Position numbers and translations under genes: made by a program
Notes under the pieces: model-generated
What the model was told of the DNA's origin: nothing
What the model saw: only the letters and a program-made list of their open reading frames with translations
Databases searched by the model: none
Shown: piece after piece, positions 35,290 through 45,259 of the stretch
How positions within the stretch are numbered: the first letter of the stretch is position 1
How the letters are laid out: the number at the start of each line of letters is the position of its first letter
NCBI GenBank assembly: GCA_964402035.1
Contig: CAYOAM010000002.1
Location: forward strand, 106,111 to 170,110
Direction: 5' to 3'
Length of the DNA: 64,000 bases
From: an uncultured Candidatus Saccharibacteria bacterium
Lineage (GTDB): Bacteria; Patescibacteriota; Minisyncoccia; Phycocordibacterales; UBA918

Positions 35290-37026
35290 CTATAATCGAC
35301 GATAGGTTACGTTCGGAACATGTGCCAACGCATCCTTTTCAAAAAGTGCCCATGTATCGATAAAGAGCACTGATCGTGTGCCTTTTTTCAAAAGTGTACG
35401 GAGATCGAAACGCTCAAAATCTTCATGATTATTCATCACCAAGACGACTGCTGCATCTTTGAATCCGTGCGCTGGAGATTTTACGTGTTTCACCCCGAGG
35501 GCCTCAATCTGCTCGGCAGCAACAACCGGATCAAAACCATGGATGTTGGTGTACCCCATATCGGTCAGCTTTCGAACCAATGCGACGGTCGTTGACCCGC
35601 GCATGTCAGATGTTGCTGGTCGTCCCTTAAATGCAAATCCGAGTACAAAAATCTTTGTTTGTTTTTTTCGTGCATACTCTTCGCCAAGAAATTCAAGGAC
35701 GTCGTCCCCAAGCTGCGTCAGTATGTCTTCGTTAGCCTGACGTGCCGAGCGTGCGATGTTTGGAATATATCCTTTTTCACGTGCACCATGCATCAAGATG
35801 TACGGGTCTTTCTCGAGACAATACCCCCCAACACCCGGTGACGGTTTTGGCACATTACTGCGCGGATAGCCCATATTTGCCGCACGAATTACTTCGTTGG
35901 TATCAATACCCCATTTCTGACAAATCAGCGAAACTTCATTCGCAAAACCAAACATCACATCGCGATACGTATTGTTGATGAGCTTTACCATTTCAGCTTC
36001 TTCAAGTGTATCGACTATGAGTGTCGAATTTGTCATCCGCCCAAAAAGCGCAGCAGCCGCAGTTGCACTCGCACGATTGATGCCACCAATGACTTGTGGA
36101 AGTGTACGGAGTTCTTGAAGCGCCTTCCCTTCTATCGTGCGCTCCGGAGCAAACGCAACAAAAAAATCTTCCCCCGCGACAAGTCCTGATTTCTTTTCCA
36201 AAAGCGGGATGACGACTGAACGAGTAGTACCCAATGGTACGGTGGAGCGGAGCACGACAAGATCACCCCGCTTCAACGCACCACCAATCGTATTCGTAGC
36301 AGCCTTAAGATGATCCAATTGCGGACGTTTCTTCGCATCAAGCGGGGTCCCCACTGCGATAAAATACACTTCACATTTATTTTTTTCATCAAAATTATCG
36401 ACCATCTTAAAGCGATTGCCGCCATATTGGCGCAAGAGTGGTGGCAGACCATCTTCAAAAAATGGCGCCTGCTTTGCTTTGATTTTTTTCTTCACCTCAG
36501 GATTGGTATCAAATGCATGTACGTCAAATCCCAAATCGGCAAATGTAAGGCCGAGTGTAAGCCCTACATACCCAAGTCCCAAAACACCGATGCGCTTGTA
36601 AGAAACATCACTACCATGCCACACATCAAAAAACGAAAGTACATTGAGCACTCGCTTTTTTGCATCAACAATTATTATTTTTTCAAGTCGTGTCTTATGC
36701 AATTGTTCATCACGAACCTTACTTGTGACCAAAGCAATGATTTCAGTATTTGAAAGTGGTCCCTCGATAACAAACGGCTTTGCATTCATAATCTCAGTAA
36801 CTGGCGCATCAAATGAAATCGAATCGGCTAAGGCACGATTGAGGTCACCATGAGTGATAATACCCAAAAGGACATTATCCTTCCCAACGACAAGAGCGAT
36901 GCCAGCAGGAAATCCTGTTTTTGCTGGTTTATGCGTGGCAAAAAGTCGAACCACGTCTTGTACGGTCGATTTCGGCGAAAGGCTGATGGCGGCCAAATCC
37001 TCTGCTGTTTTGATATCTGGTTTCAT
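35290..37026 (-). CDS. CBS-pair domain fused to a UDP-glucose/GDP-mannose dehydrogenase-family nucleotide-sugar dehydrogenase.
   Basis: The N-terminal roughly 145 aa has two CBS-like modules (GIALVVGKDNVLLGIITHGDL, KIIIVDAKKRVLNVLSFFD). The Rossmann fold GVLGLGYVGLTLGLTFADLG follows, then the dehydrogenase core including the catalytic-Cys region GGYCLEKDPY. Confidence 0.8.
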   Translation of the reverse strand: MKPDIKTAEDLAAISLSPKSTVQDVVRLFATHKPAKTGFPAGIALVVGKDNVLLGIITHGDLNRALADSISFDAPVTEIMNAKPFVIEGPLSNTEIIALVTSKVRDEQLHKTRLEKIIIVDAKKRVLNVLSFFDVWHGSDVSYKRIGVLGLGYVGLTLGLTFADLGFDVHAFDTNPEVKKKIKAKQAPFFEDGLPPLLRQYGGNRFKMVDNFDEKNKCEVYFIAVGTPLDAKKRPQLDHLKAATNTIGGALKRGDLVVLRSTVPLGTTRSVVIPLLEKKSGLVAGEDFFVAFAPERTIEGKALQELRTLPQVIGGINRASATAAAALFGRMTNSTLIVDTLEEAEMVKLINNTYRDVMFGFANEVSLICQKWGIDTNEVIRAANMGYPRSNVPKPSPGVGGYCLEKDPYILMHGAREKGYIPNIARSARQANEDILTQLGDDVLEFLGEEYARKKQTKIFVLGFAFKGRPATSDMRGSTTVALVRKLTDMGYTNIHGFDPVVAAEQIEALGVKHVKSPAHGFKDAAVVLVMNNHEDFERFDLRTLLKKGTRSVLFIDTWALFEKDALAHVPNVTYRRL

Positions 37027-37116
37027 AAGAATGGTGTATACAGCCTATAACCTATAGAGATATGGATCTGTTACAGGGGAAAACCGATTAAAACATAGGG
37101 GGGCCGAAACGACAAC

Positions 37117-37944
37117 TTATTTGGTTCCAACCAAAAAATGAGACTGTGCAAACAGGGCATTGGTTTTGTACGGATATTTTTGGAATATACGTCTTAAACG
37201 GACAATGAACAAGAAGAACTTGGTGAGTGCGCGATCAGTAGTCATGCGTATCGGAATAAAAAATGGGAATGGAAATGTGCGCATCGTATACACGTCTTTG
37301 AATCCTGCACCCTTTGCCAGTACCTCATAGTTTTTTGGTGTAAGACTATTTCTAAAATAGTCCTTCCGAACGTCACCATGGTAGGTACCCAATAACTTTT
37401 TCACCGTACGCATGACAATATTAAGGTATTGTATTGAAAATTTCTTCGGTATATTGAGCGACACCATAACACCGTTGGGGCGCAAGATGCGGTATTGCTC
37501 TTTAAGTAACGCTTCGATCTCATGCCCTTCAAAATGTTCAGCAAGTCCAATCGATACTACCGCATCAAAACTATTGTCAGGGAAATGGGTCTTGAGTACG
37601 TCCTCGACAAAAAACTCAGCGTCAAGGTTATGCTGTTTAAATTCAGCTTTCGCGAGCACGATAGCACTTTCGACATTATCAAGCAGTGATACTTTGAGAC
37701 CCATATGCTTGCGCATATAGAGACCAATCGTGCCGCGACCACAACCGATCTCAAGAACATCGTGTGCCTTGTGTGCAAGAAGCTCGTGCTTGATCCACTC
37801 AAAGTAATGAAAGAGATTGAACTGCCGTTGTGTCTGCGGCATATTGCCAACATCAACAAAAATAGATTTTTCTTCGGTATTGTCTCTACCCTTGTCTTCT
37901 TCATTGATAGAAGACCACTTCGCGTCAAATGCAGGCTCACTCAT
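37117..37944 (-). CDS. Class I SAM-dependent methyltransferase.
   Basis: Motif I VLEIGCGRGTIGLYM is present, with a post-I acidic residue (LLDNVE). Confidence 0.75.
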   Translation of the reverse strand: MSEPAFDAKWSSINEEDKGRDNTEEKSIFVDVGNMPQTQRQFNLFHYFEWIKHELLAHKAHDVLEIGCGRGTIGLYMRKHMGLKVSLLDNVESAIVLAKAEFKQHNLDAEFFVEDVLKTHFPDNSFDAVVSIGLAEHFEGHEIEALLKEQYRILRPNGVMVSLNIPKKFSIQYLNIVMRTVKKLLGTYHGDVRKDYFRNSLTPKNYEVLAKGAGFKDVYTMRTFPFPFFIPIRMTTDRALTKFFLFIVRLRRIFQKYPYKTNALFAQSHFLVGTK

Positions 37945-37960
37945 AGATCACTATACTACC

Positions 37961-39316
37961 TTATAATTTTCCTAAAACGAACGACGCGATGGTGGTTGCG
38001 GAGCAACCAACGTGGTCGTTTCCATAGAGATCGCGCACACGTTGCCGCTCCTGCCCATGGATCGAAGAATCTTTGAGATATTGATCAATAGCGGCACGCA
38101 CCTCCGCATCGGTTCCAGCAAGAGTGATGCCACCGAGTTTCAACAAATCACGATAGAAAATATGTTTATACAGGTTTATCGTCGAATCTTTACCGCTACG
38201 TTCAATATACGCTCGAGCCGTAAGATTGATAACTGGCTTATCACACGATATTGCATCGAGCGATAATGTTGAACGCACGGAGATCAACACATCGAGCGCA
38301 TGCATAACACTCACAAAATAATCCATCTCTTCCCCATTGGAATACCACAGATCAGGAAACCCTTCGACGGTTCGCATGTCATCAAAGACAAACACATTCG
38401 GTATACCCTTAAAGGCGTTGAAGTGATGGTTGGCAATATTCCCAATATGCGGACGCACAATCAGCGAACATGGTTCGGAAAAGGTGTCTTTCTCTATCCA
38501 TGAAATGAGCTTTGCTACAATCTCATCATCATTTGAAGACCACACACCCTCTGATCCAAAAAAAAGTATTTTGCGCGATGGGTCGAGTCCCATCTGCGCA
38601 CATATTTCCTCACGAGAATATTTTGGTTTCTTGTGGTAAAAATCAAACGCTGGAAAGCCACTCACGAGAATATTTTCTGCTTTGTATCCTTGATACTTTT
38701 TTGCATAACCAACCATCGGCTCAATTTGCGTGATCAAATAATCTGCCTTGACCTGCAAATAATACTTATCAAGATTATCCCAACCCTTGGTCATCGCGAT
38801 CGATATCGCAGCATGTCGTCGGGCAGCTTTCACGAATGCCACGTCAATTTTGGCCAAAATATTGGACGCCAAGACTACATCAGGCTTGTACGTTTCAAAA
38901 TAATGATCAAAGGTAGTATCAGGAAAAAAGCGCACATTTATAAACTGAATGATCTCGCGAATATACGGCACACAATCCAATAAAAATAGTAACGGGAATA
39001 GTGCAGCATAGAGCCACCCGAATTGGCGTGCTTTTCCGGATCCGTAGTAGGCAAGATTGATGCTGGTCGCATTGATGAGCACGTACCGAGAGAAAAAGAC
39101 AAATGCTTTCCTAAGTCGAGTGTACGCGACATCGCGACAGCTCTCAAATATAAGTCGCTCGTGTACATGCTCGCGTACCATAAAATCTTTTGCTCCGTGC
39201 GGCACAAATGCAACTACACGGACATGGGGATCTTTGAGTAATTCAGCCACGATACCTGTAGTAAACAGCGTACGCGCCAAGTACCCCTGCGACACCGTAA
39301 CAAAGATTGTTTTCAT
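37961..39316 (-). CDS. GT-B-like glycosyl / glycerophosphotransferase-family protein (TagF/KpsS-like), paralog A.
   Basis: It is 451 aa with N-terminus MKTIFVTVSQGYLARTLF. It is clearly paralogous to 40021-41403 (MKTVVLTISRGSIARNIL), with shared blocks along the whole length. The family assignment is tentative. Confidence 0.45.
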   Translation of the reverse strand: MKTIFVTVSQGYLARTLFTTGIVAELLKDPHVRVVAFVPHGAKDFMVREHVHERLIFESCRDVAYTRLRKAFVFFSRYVLINATSINLAYYGSGKARQFGWLYAALFPLLFLLDCVPYIREIIQFINVRFFPDTTFDHYFETYKPDVVLASNILAKIDVAFVKAARRHAAISIAMTKGWDNLDKYYLQVKADYLITQIEPMVGYAKKYQGYKAENILVSGFPAFDFYHKKPKYSREEICAQMGLDPSRKILFFGSEGVWSSNDDEIVAKLISWIEKDTFSEPCSLIVRPHIGNIANHHFNAFKGIPNVFVFDDMRTVEGFPDLWYSNGEEMDYFVSVMHALDVLISVRSTLSLDAISCDKPVINLTARAYIERSGKDSTINLYKHIFYRDLLKLGGITLAGTDAEVRAAIDQYLKDSSIHGQERQRVRDLYGNDHVGCSATTIASFVLGKL

Positions 39317-39324
39317 GAAGCGGT

Positions 39325-40014
39325 CTACGTTGCCTTTCGTTTGAGAATAAAGAGTACTTTGTTACCAAAGAGCGACGGCGGTAGAAATCGAATTTTAAAT
39401 GGAAGCAATGGGAGTTTCAAAAATGAATTTCCTGGAATTTCCTTTACCAATTCAAACTGTCTATAAAAGCATTTTCCGAATACTTCTTTTGGCAACACCA
39501 TAATATGATCGTTGTGCGCGGTGTACCCATCAAGATTTCCACCAAACAAAAAATTGAACTTAGATTTCATGTTGTAGATATATGGCAGCGTCACCAAGAG
39601 ATACCCTCCTGGTTTTAAAACGCGCGCGCACTCCCGGGCAAAATGAAACGCATTTTCGACATGCTCCAAAAACGCCAGCCCAGTAACTACATCCATCGAT
39701 CCGTCTGCAAACGATAGTTTTTCACTATTGATATTTGTTTGTGAAAAACCGCCGAGATCTGCAAGCTTGATATCAGAAAGATAATTCTGCAAATCTGCCC
39801 CATGTAGGTGTTTATACCCTTCCTTTTTTAGATCCGCAAGAAATGCACCACCACCTGCCCCGATATCAAGGATGCGTGCATCTTTAGATACTATGCGCGC
39901 AAGTTCACCGACAGCAACGCCTTCGCGGGATGCCCAACTCACTTTGTCGGCATAGTATGCCTTGTAATCGCTATTTTTCTCCGAAATATTTTCCGGCGTA
40001 CGGTATACGGGCAT
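39325..40014 (-). CDS. Class I SAM-dependent methyltransferase.
   Basis: Motif I ILDIGAGGGAFLADL is present. It is 229 aa. Confidence 0.75.
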   Translation of the reverse strand: MPVYRTPENISEKNSDYKAYYADKVSWASREGVAVGELARIVSKDARILDIGAGGGAFLADLKKEGYKHLHGADLQNYLSDIKLADLGGFSQTNINSEKLSFADGSMDVVTGLAFLEHVENAFHFARECARVLKPGGYLLVTLPYIYNMKSKFNFLFGGNLDGYTAHNDHIMVLPKEVFGKCFYRQFELVKEIPGNSFLKLPLLPFKIRFLPPSLFGNKVLFILKRKAT

Positions 40015-40020
40015 AGGTAA

Positions 40021-41403
40021 TTAATTATTTAATATCTTTTCTACAACACTGAAAAAACGTTCTCCTGATCGTCCATCGTACTTGTAACAAAAGGTTTCAA
40101 GCAGATGTTTCCGTTCAGTGCTCTTATAGGTCGCGTCGGTCAAATACTGATTGATGGCATTGTACAACATTTCCTTGTTTTGAACCTCAGTGGTTGCTTT
40201 AAAGGAGAGTATCTTGCTGTAGTAATACGTCTCATACCACCTTCTGATAGAGCTCCGATACGGCTTTTGAATATAGCCGTCAAACATAATGCTGATGACA
40301 GGAGTATCAAACGGCAACACATCAAGCGTAAGAGACGAGTGTACGTTGATATCGATATCTGTGTGATAAATGGTATTAAGAAACCTATCCATTGATGCAG
40401 TAGAATAATCCCACTCATCGCGAAAAGCGCGCGACGGTTCATTCTGCAGATCAACAACAACGTCAGGTTTTCCAAACAAATGCTTAAATTTCTGTTCGTC
40501 CTGTTTAAATCCATAGTGCGGTCGAATCAAGAGCTGGCACGGCTGCTCTAAGAGCCCCTTCTCAATTGCAGTATATATAACCGACGAAAGCTCACTATCC
40601 TCTTTAAATAATTTTCCCTCTGACGTAAACAGCAAGATTTTTTTCTTTGGATCTAAACCGTACGCAGCACAAAAGGCTTCACGTGTCTGTAACCGTGTGC
40701 TGTCTATATAATAATCAAACTGCGGTACCCCAATGATGCTGATCTGTGCATCCGAATAATTTTGAAATTTCTTCATCTCTTCGGCCATAAGGGTATTCCA
40801 TACGATGACCATGTCCGCCTTCGCACGAAACCCATTTTTATTTGGATTATCCCAACTTTTTGGCATAGCGAGAGAATACACGCGCTCCCGCCTAGCAGCT
40901 TTGAGGAGCGCAGCCTCAGCGTCATCTCCCATATTGGTCACAATAACCATATCGGCTTTTTGCTCACGCAAAAAATGCTGCCAGTGACTGACAGCAGGCC
41001 GCTGCGCAAAGTAAAAATCAAGCACTCGGACAAAATCTCGCAGTATGGTGACGCGCGAGAGAACAGAAAATATAACTTTCTTTATGAAATAAATGGGATA
41101 GAAAACTCGCATGGATTTTGGATCTCCAATAATTCCCCATCGGGCTTTTTGATTGACCGTCGAATTGTAGATCAAGTATTTATGGAAAAAGAAAAGAATT
41201 AAATCAAGTGGCCCTCGATCGAGCACCTCCTGATCAAACATCTCCACGTTCGCATGTGCGAATTCCTTCAGAAAACGTGGATCCTCAAACGCTGGTGTCA
41301 CCAACAAAACACGATACTTCTCGCGAAGTAATCGATAGAAATCATTCTGCAAAATATTACGTGCTATAGATCCACGCGAAATTGTTAGCACGACCGTTTT
41401 CAT
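40021..41403 (-). CDS. GT-B-like glycosyl / glycerophosphotransferase-family protein (TagF/KpsS-like), paralog B.
   Basis: See 37961-39316. Confidence 0.45.
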   Translation of the reverse strand: MKTVVLTISRGSIARNILQNDFYRLLREKYRVLLVTPAFEDPRFLKEFAHANVEMFDQEVLDRGPLDLILFFFHKYLIYNSTVNQKARWGIIGDPKSMRVFYPIYFIKKVIFSVLSRVTILRDFVRVLDFYFAQRPAVSHWQHFLREQKADMVIVTNMGDDAEAALLKAARRERVYSLAMPKSWDNPNKNGFRAKADMVIVWNTLMAEEMKKFQNYSDAQISIIGVPQFDYYIDSTRLQTREAFCAAYGLDPKKKILLFTSEGKLFKEDSELSSVIYTAIEKGLLEQPCQLLIRPHYGFKQDEQKFKHLFGKPDVVVDLQNEPSRAFRDEWDYSTASMDRFLNTIYHTDIDINVHSSLTLDVLPFDTPVISIMFDGYIQKPYRSSIRRWYETYYYSKILSFKATTEVQNKEMLYNAINQYLTDATYKSTERKHLLETFCYKYDGRSGERFFSVVEKILNN

Positions 41404-42299
41404 ACAGTTGTGCTGTTTTGCTTGCCATATGCCTGCCCTGGCGGTAGTTGTTGCGGAGAAAGTGAGGCGTCGAGCATGAGCGTCAACGTATCTCGGTACC
41501 CTCTTTTGGCATAATTTCCTTTGTGAATTACCTTGTCACTAAAAATAAGGAGTGTACCTGCAGCTCCGGTCACCTTATACGTTTCATATCCGTTTCGTAG
41601 ATACTCTTCAATCACTTCTTTTGGAACTCTTCCATTTGGGTATCGCGGTGGATATGTCGACGGTACATAGACAGGCTCCTTCGTTTCTTTGTGACGGAGG
41701 TACTCAAACGGTGCATTCTCTTCGGTAACATCATTGAGATAAAGCATCACCTTCATCTCACTATCAAAGTGGTGATCGGTATGCCACAACGTTGAGGATT
41801 TTTCCTCAAGAGTACATGCCAGAACGCGTGCAATATCGGACAGCACGATCTGGGCATGAGAGCCATACACACGCTCCTCAATTTGAGGAAATAAAAATGA
41901 CACATATTCTTTTAAGTACGGTAGATCAAATGCACTGCGAACCTTTACGTTGCGAACAGTACCACGCTGTATCTCAGCCTGCAGTTTCTTTTCATCAAAT
42001 TGCAATAGATTATTGAGGACACCATCCCCTGTCTCAACGAGACGGCACTCAGGTATCGTAAGTCGTTGCCGTATCTCAGCATACATACCCTCTACGATAT
42101 GCGAGTAGTTCTCCGGAAATCTAATCAGCGATCCTCCAAGTGAAGGGTGAGCCACCTGTACACCAAGAGTCATAGGTCCCCTATAGAGAGGTGCTTCTTT
42201 TCGGTGTCTGATGCGATACCAAAAACGAGCGAGTACATAGCGCACTCCACTATGCCATTTTCGAATATTGAGAATTATGTTTTTGCGACTCACCTGCAT
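41400..42299 (-). CDS. Fe(II)/2-oxoglutarate-dependent dioxygenase, phytanoyl-CoA dioxygenase (PhyH)-like.
   Basis: WHTDHHFD supplies the HxD facial-triad part, and a distal His lies in KVIHKGNYAKRG. Size and layout fit the PhyH-like family. Confidence 0.5.
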   Translation of the reverse strand: MQVSRKNIILNIRKWHSGVRYVLARFWYRIRHRKEAPLYRGPMTLGVQVAHPSLGGSLIRFPENYSHIVEGMYAEIRQRLTIPECRLVETGDGVLNNLLQFDEKKLQAEIQRGTVRNVKVRSAFDLPYLKEYVSFLFPQIEERVYGSHAQIVLSDIARVLACTLEEKSSTLWHTDHHFDSEMKVMLYLNDVTEENAPFEYLRHKETKEPVYVPSTYPPRYPNGRVPKEVIEEYLRNGYETYKVTGAAGTLLIFSDKVIHKGNYAKRGYRDTLTLMLDASLSPQQLPPGQAYGKQNSTTV

Positions 42300-42300
42300 A

Positions 42301-42978
42301 TTATTCTTTTATAATGTAATACTTTCCCGTGCTTACATCTCGCTTTATATTCTTTATACGATCGCCAAAAAATTCATCAATTGCTTTCTGTGCGCCGGGA
42401 TACTTCGTATGCTCAGTTGTATTCAGATACTCATCAAACAAGATAATTCCTCCCGGGGCTACTTTTGGATACAACATACGCAACGGATCTTTGTATGATT
42501 CGTAGAGATCTCCATCAAGATGCAAAAGTGCAATCCCCTCTCCGCGATACTTTGAAAGGCTTTCATTAAAAAAACCTTTAATGAGGGTGATTTGAGATCG
42601 GACGAATTCTACAGGCAGTCCCGCAGAAACAAAAAAAGCGGTCACCGATTCAATACTGTGCAAATCTTTATCACCTTTCTTTACATTTCTAATGCTCTGA
42701 TCTTCCTTAACAGGCTCAGGAAATCCGGCAAATGAATCAAAGCCCCAGATTTTTCTTCGACTGCCTTCGTCATGAGTCAAAAATGCAAGCATGAGTACGC
42801 TTCGTCCACGACCAACACCACACTCGACAATATCACCCTTGATATTGTGTACGATATCAAGCATGCGCTTCAAATAGAGAAATTTTGCTGCATTTGTGAG
42901 ATTGAAGGGATGGACATAACTTGACGGTGCATGATCTGCATTTCTGATACGTCGTATGATTGCATGTATATAATTCAT
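42301..42978 (-). CDS. TylF/MycF-family (macrocin O-methyltransferase-like) SAM-dependent methyltransferase.
   Basis: GDIVECGVGRGRSVLMLA, FDSFAGFPEP and LLHLDGDLYESYKDPL follow the PF05711 sequence pattern. Confidence 0.7.
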   Translation of the reverse strand: MNYIHAIIRRIRNADHAPSSYVHPFNLTNAAKFLYLKRMLDIVHNIKGDIVECGVGRGRSVLMLAFLTHDEGSRRKIWGFDSFAGFPEPVKEDQSIRNVKKGDKDLHSIESVTAFFVSAGLPVEFVRSQITLIKGFFNESLSKYRGEGIALLHLDGDLYESYKDPLRMLYPKVAPGGIILFDEYLNTTEHTKYPGAQKAIDEFFGDRIKNIKRDVSTGKYYIIKE

Positions 42979-43016
42979 ATGGGGGTATTATCGTATAACA
43001 GCGGCCGTGGGGCAAC

Positions 43017-44372
43017 TTATAACCATCCAAACAACCGCGTACGTAGTTGTGCAAGTAGCACTCTATCGTGCTCGTCAAAGCGAACCAATGCCTTCCAATC
43101 GAGTAGCGAAAAATGTAGACGAGTAATGAGGACATACTCCCTAAATGCTCCATTGAGGAAACTCACGAGCAAGGAGGAGAGTATCACTCCACGGGCACCA
43201 AATAGCAGGATACATACGAGCTGAGAGACCGCAGACATCACCGATGAGGCAAGACTAAGAGCAAAATTCAATTTTTGTTTCTTGAGGCTATAGAGCACAG
43301 CCGACTGACCGAGCGTTAAGACGTCTATAAATATGCGCAGCATAGCAAGGTCAATCAACATAACCGCAGCACCATATTGTGGGGAAAAAATATCTATGAC
43401 TGGCCTGATAAAAAGGACGACTCCAAAATAGAACACAATTGCAATCATCATGCTGTATTTTTTTACCTTCGTTGCGATGACAATCGCCAACTCCTTACTC
43501 GTCGCTATACTATGCGACAAGATGGGAAAGAGTGTCCCTCGAACCGGAAAGAGCGCACCAAAGATACTGCTCACCTTTTGTGCAAACGCTACAATCGCAA
43601 CACTCTCTGTCGATACCAAAAAATTGACGAGCCAAGGACCAATGTTGTCGGTGATAGTAAGCGACAAACTCGAAAACATTTCCCATTTCCCATGCTTGCG
43701 TACGATATTCATTAAAATACCTCGGTACTCGCGAATGACTTCAGCTTCATGAGGAAACAGATGCGCCACCCCAAATATGCTCACAGACGCGGTAACACAT
43801 TTTGCGATGACATATGCCCAGAGTACCGAATGCAAAGAAAAACCAATCCATAGATACAAACTGCACACCGCAATCGTACGAATCAATGCCTCTCCAGTCT
43901 TTTGTGCCAATGAAAAATCAAAACGCTCATAGGCTTCAAACACCACCGATGTCAGATTGAGAACCACCTGCCCAATAATAAGAAACACCAGCGCCCAATA
44001 GAATGGGGTCAAGTTTGCATCATAGTAGTGCGATATCCCCTCTTTAAAGAGCCACGAAACAGCGAAGAGAAGCACAAGTACTACCGCAACAGCAACACTG
44101 TACTCACGAACCAGTTCTTTGATACGACCAAACTCTTTTTGTGCTCGATACACGGCGATATCCGCAACCATCAGTCGATCCATACCCATAAGCGCAATCA
44201 CGGTGCCGGGTGATATAACCGTAAAAAGCAAGTGCAGCAGCCCAAAGTCCTTTAGAGATAATTCGTTGACGATGACAAAAAAAGACACCAGCGAAAAGAG
44301 ATGCGTACTCACCTGCTCAAGTGCATTGAGCGCCACGCCGCCTAAAATTCGCCGTTTTAATGTAGCAACCAT
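43017..44372 (-). CDS. Wzx-like polysaccharide / oligosaccharide flippase (MOP superfamily).
   Basis: The 451-aa protein has about 12 predicted TM helices and a Wzx-type organisation. Confidence 0.7.
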   Translation of the reverse strand: MVATLKRRILGGVALNALEQVSTHLFSLVSFFVIVNELSLKDFGLLHLLFTVISPGTVIALMGMDRLMVADIAVYRAQKEFGRIKELVREYSVAVAVVLVLLFAVSWLFKEGISHYYDANLTPFYWALVFLIIGQVVLNLTSVVFEAYERFDFSLAQKTGEALIRTIAVCSLYLWIGFSLHSVLWAYVIAKCVTASVSIFGVAHLFPHEAEVIREYRGILMNIVRKHGKWEMFSSLSLTITDNIGPWLVNFLVSTESVAIVAFAQKVSSIFGALFPVRGTLFPILSHSIATSKELAIVIATKVKKYSMMIAIVFYFGVVLFIRPVIDIFSPQYGAAVMLIDLAMLRIFIDVLTLGQSAVLYSLKKQKLNFALSLASSVMSAVSQLVCILLFGARGVILSSLLVSFLNGAFREYVLITRLHFSLLDWKALVRFDEHDRVLLAQLRTRLFGWL

Positions 44373-44377
44373 GTTCG

Positions 44378-45259
44378 TTAATCGTTGCGGGGCGCACCCG
44401 ATGATTTTTGTCCGCGCATATGTCGATAGAGCTGTATGAAGCGGTAATATCCAATATAGGCACTATATCGCGCATTACGAGCCACCTGGCTTATCGGCAT
44501 AGATCTCTGATAACCATGCCGCATATAGAGCCATAAAGAATAGAGGATAATATAGATCGCGCGCGCAAAATTTTCGCCTATGCTCGAGAGTAGATTCCAT
44601 GGACGTGGTTTCTTGTATAACTCATCCGAAAACATGCGCGTACGTACAATATCAAGATACCGATTATCTTTTGCAATCGACGCTTGGTAGGTACCGGGTG
44701 CGTAACTCCAGATCGGATGTGTTAGCGTTTCTATCGTGACATGATCAGGAGCAACAACACTCTCGTGAATTGTTTTCCCCGGGATCAAGGCAACGCCACT
44801 TTTCGGTGCATACAAGCGTATTAAGTATGAGGGATACGAATAGGCATACTCTGCTTTATGAGTTCCGAATATAACTTTATTCTGTATTTGATACGCGGTA
44901 TTCATGCTAGGTTTTTTTGAAAAAATAGCTCGAATCTCATCGGTCAATGCAGGCGAAAGATACTCGTCTGAGTCAAAATCGAGTAGCCATTCAGTCTTGA
45001 TCATGCTGTACGCGCGATTGCGAACCGCGGTAAAATCCTTGATGCGCACATTTGGCTCATCACTATCTACCTGTTTATAAATAGGGCGTCCGTATTTCTT
45101 CGCAATCTCATGTGTTCGATCCGTGCTGTTGCCATCAACAATAAATACATCTTCAAAGTCGACAAGACTCGCAAGGCACTGATCGAGATTCTTTTCCGCA
45201 TTAAGCGTCAATATAGGAACAGAGCAAGGGATTTTCTGCATATTATTTTTTGACCGCAC
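44378..45259 (-). CDS. Family 2 glycosyltransferase.
   Basis: The N-terminal region VPILTLNAEKNLDQCLASLVDFEDVFIVDGNSTDRT is a GT-A fold with the DxD-region characteristic of GT2. Confidence 0.8.
   Translation of the reverse strand: MRSKNNMQKIPCSVPILTLNAEKNLDQCLASLVDFEDVFIVDGNSTDRTHEIAKKYGRPIYKQVDSDEPNVRIKDFTAVRNRAYSMIKTEWLLDFDSDEYLSPALTDEIRAIFSKKPSMNTAYQIQNKVIFGTHKAEYAYSYPSYLIRLYAPKSGVALIPGKTIHESVVAPDHVTIETLTHPIWSYAPGTYQASIAKDNRYLDIVRTRMFSDELYKKPRPWNLLSSIGENFARAIYIILYSLWLYMRHGYQRSMPISQVARNARYSAYIGYYRFIQLYRHMRGQKSSGAPRND

Noticed and set aside
37027-37116. Palindrome TTGGTTCCAACCAA in the spacer upstream of the CBS::dehydrogenase gene as a regulator-binding site.
   Set aside because: It is a single short palindrome with no partner half-sites or recurrence elsewhere in the window. 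The evidence is insufficient.
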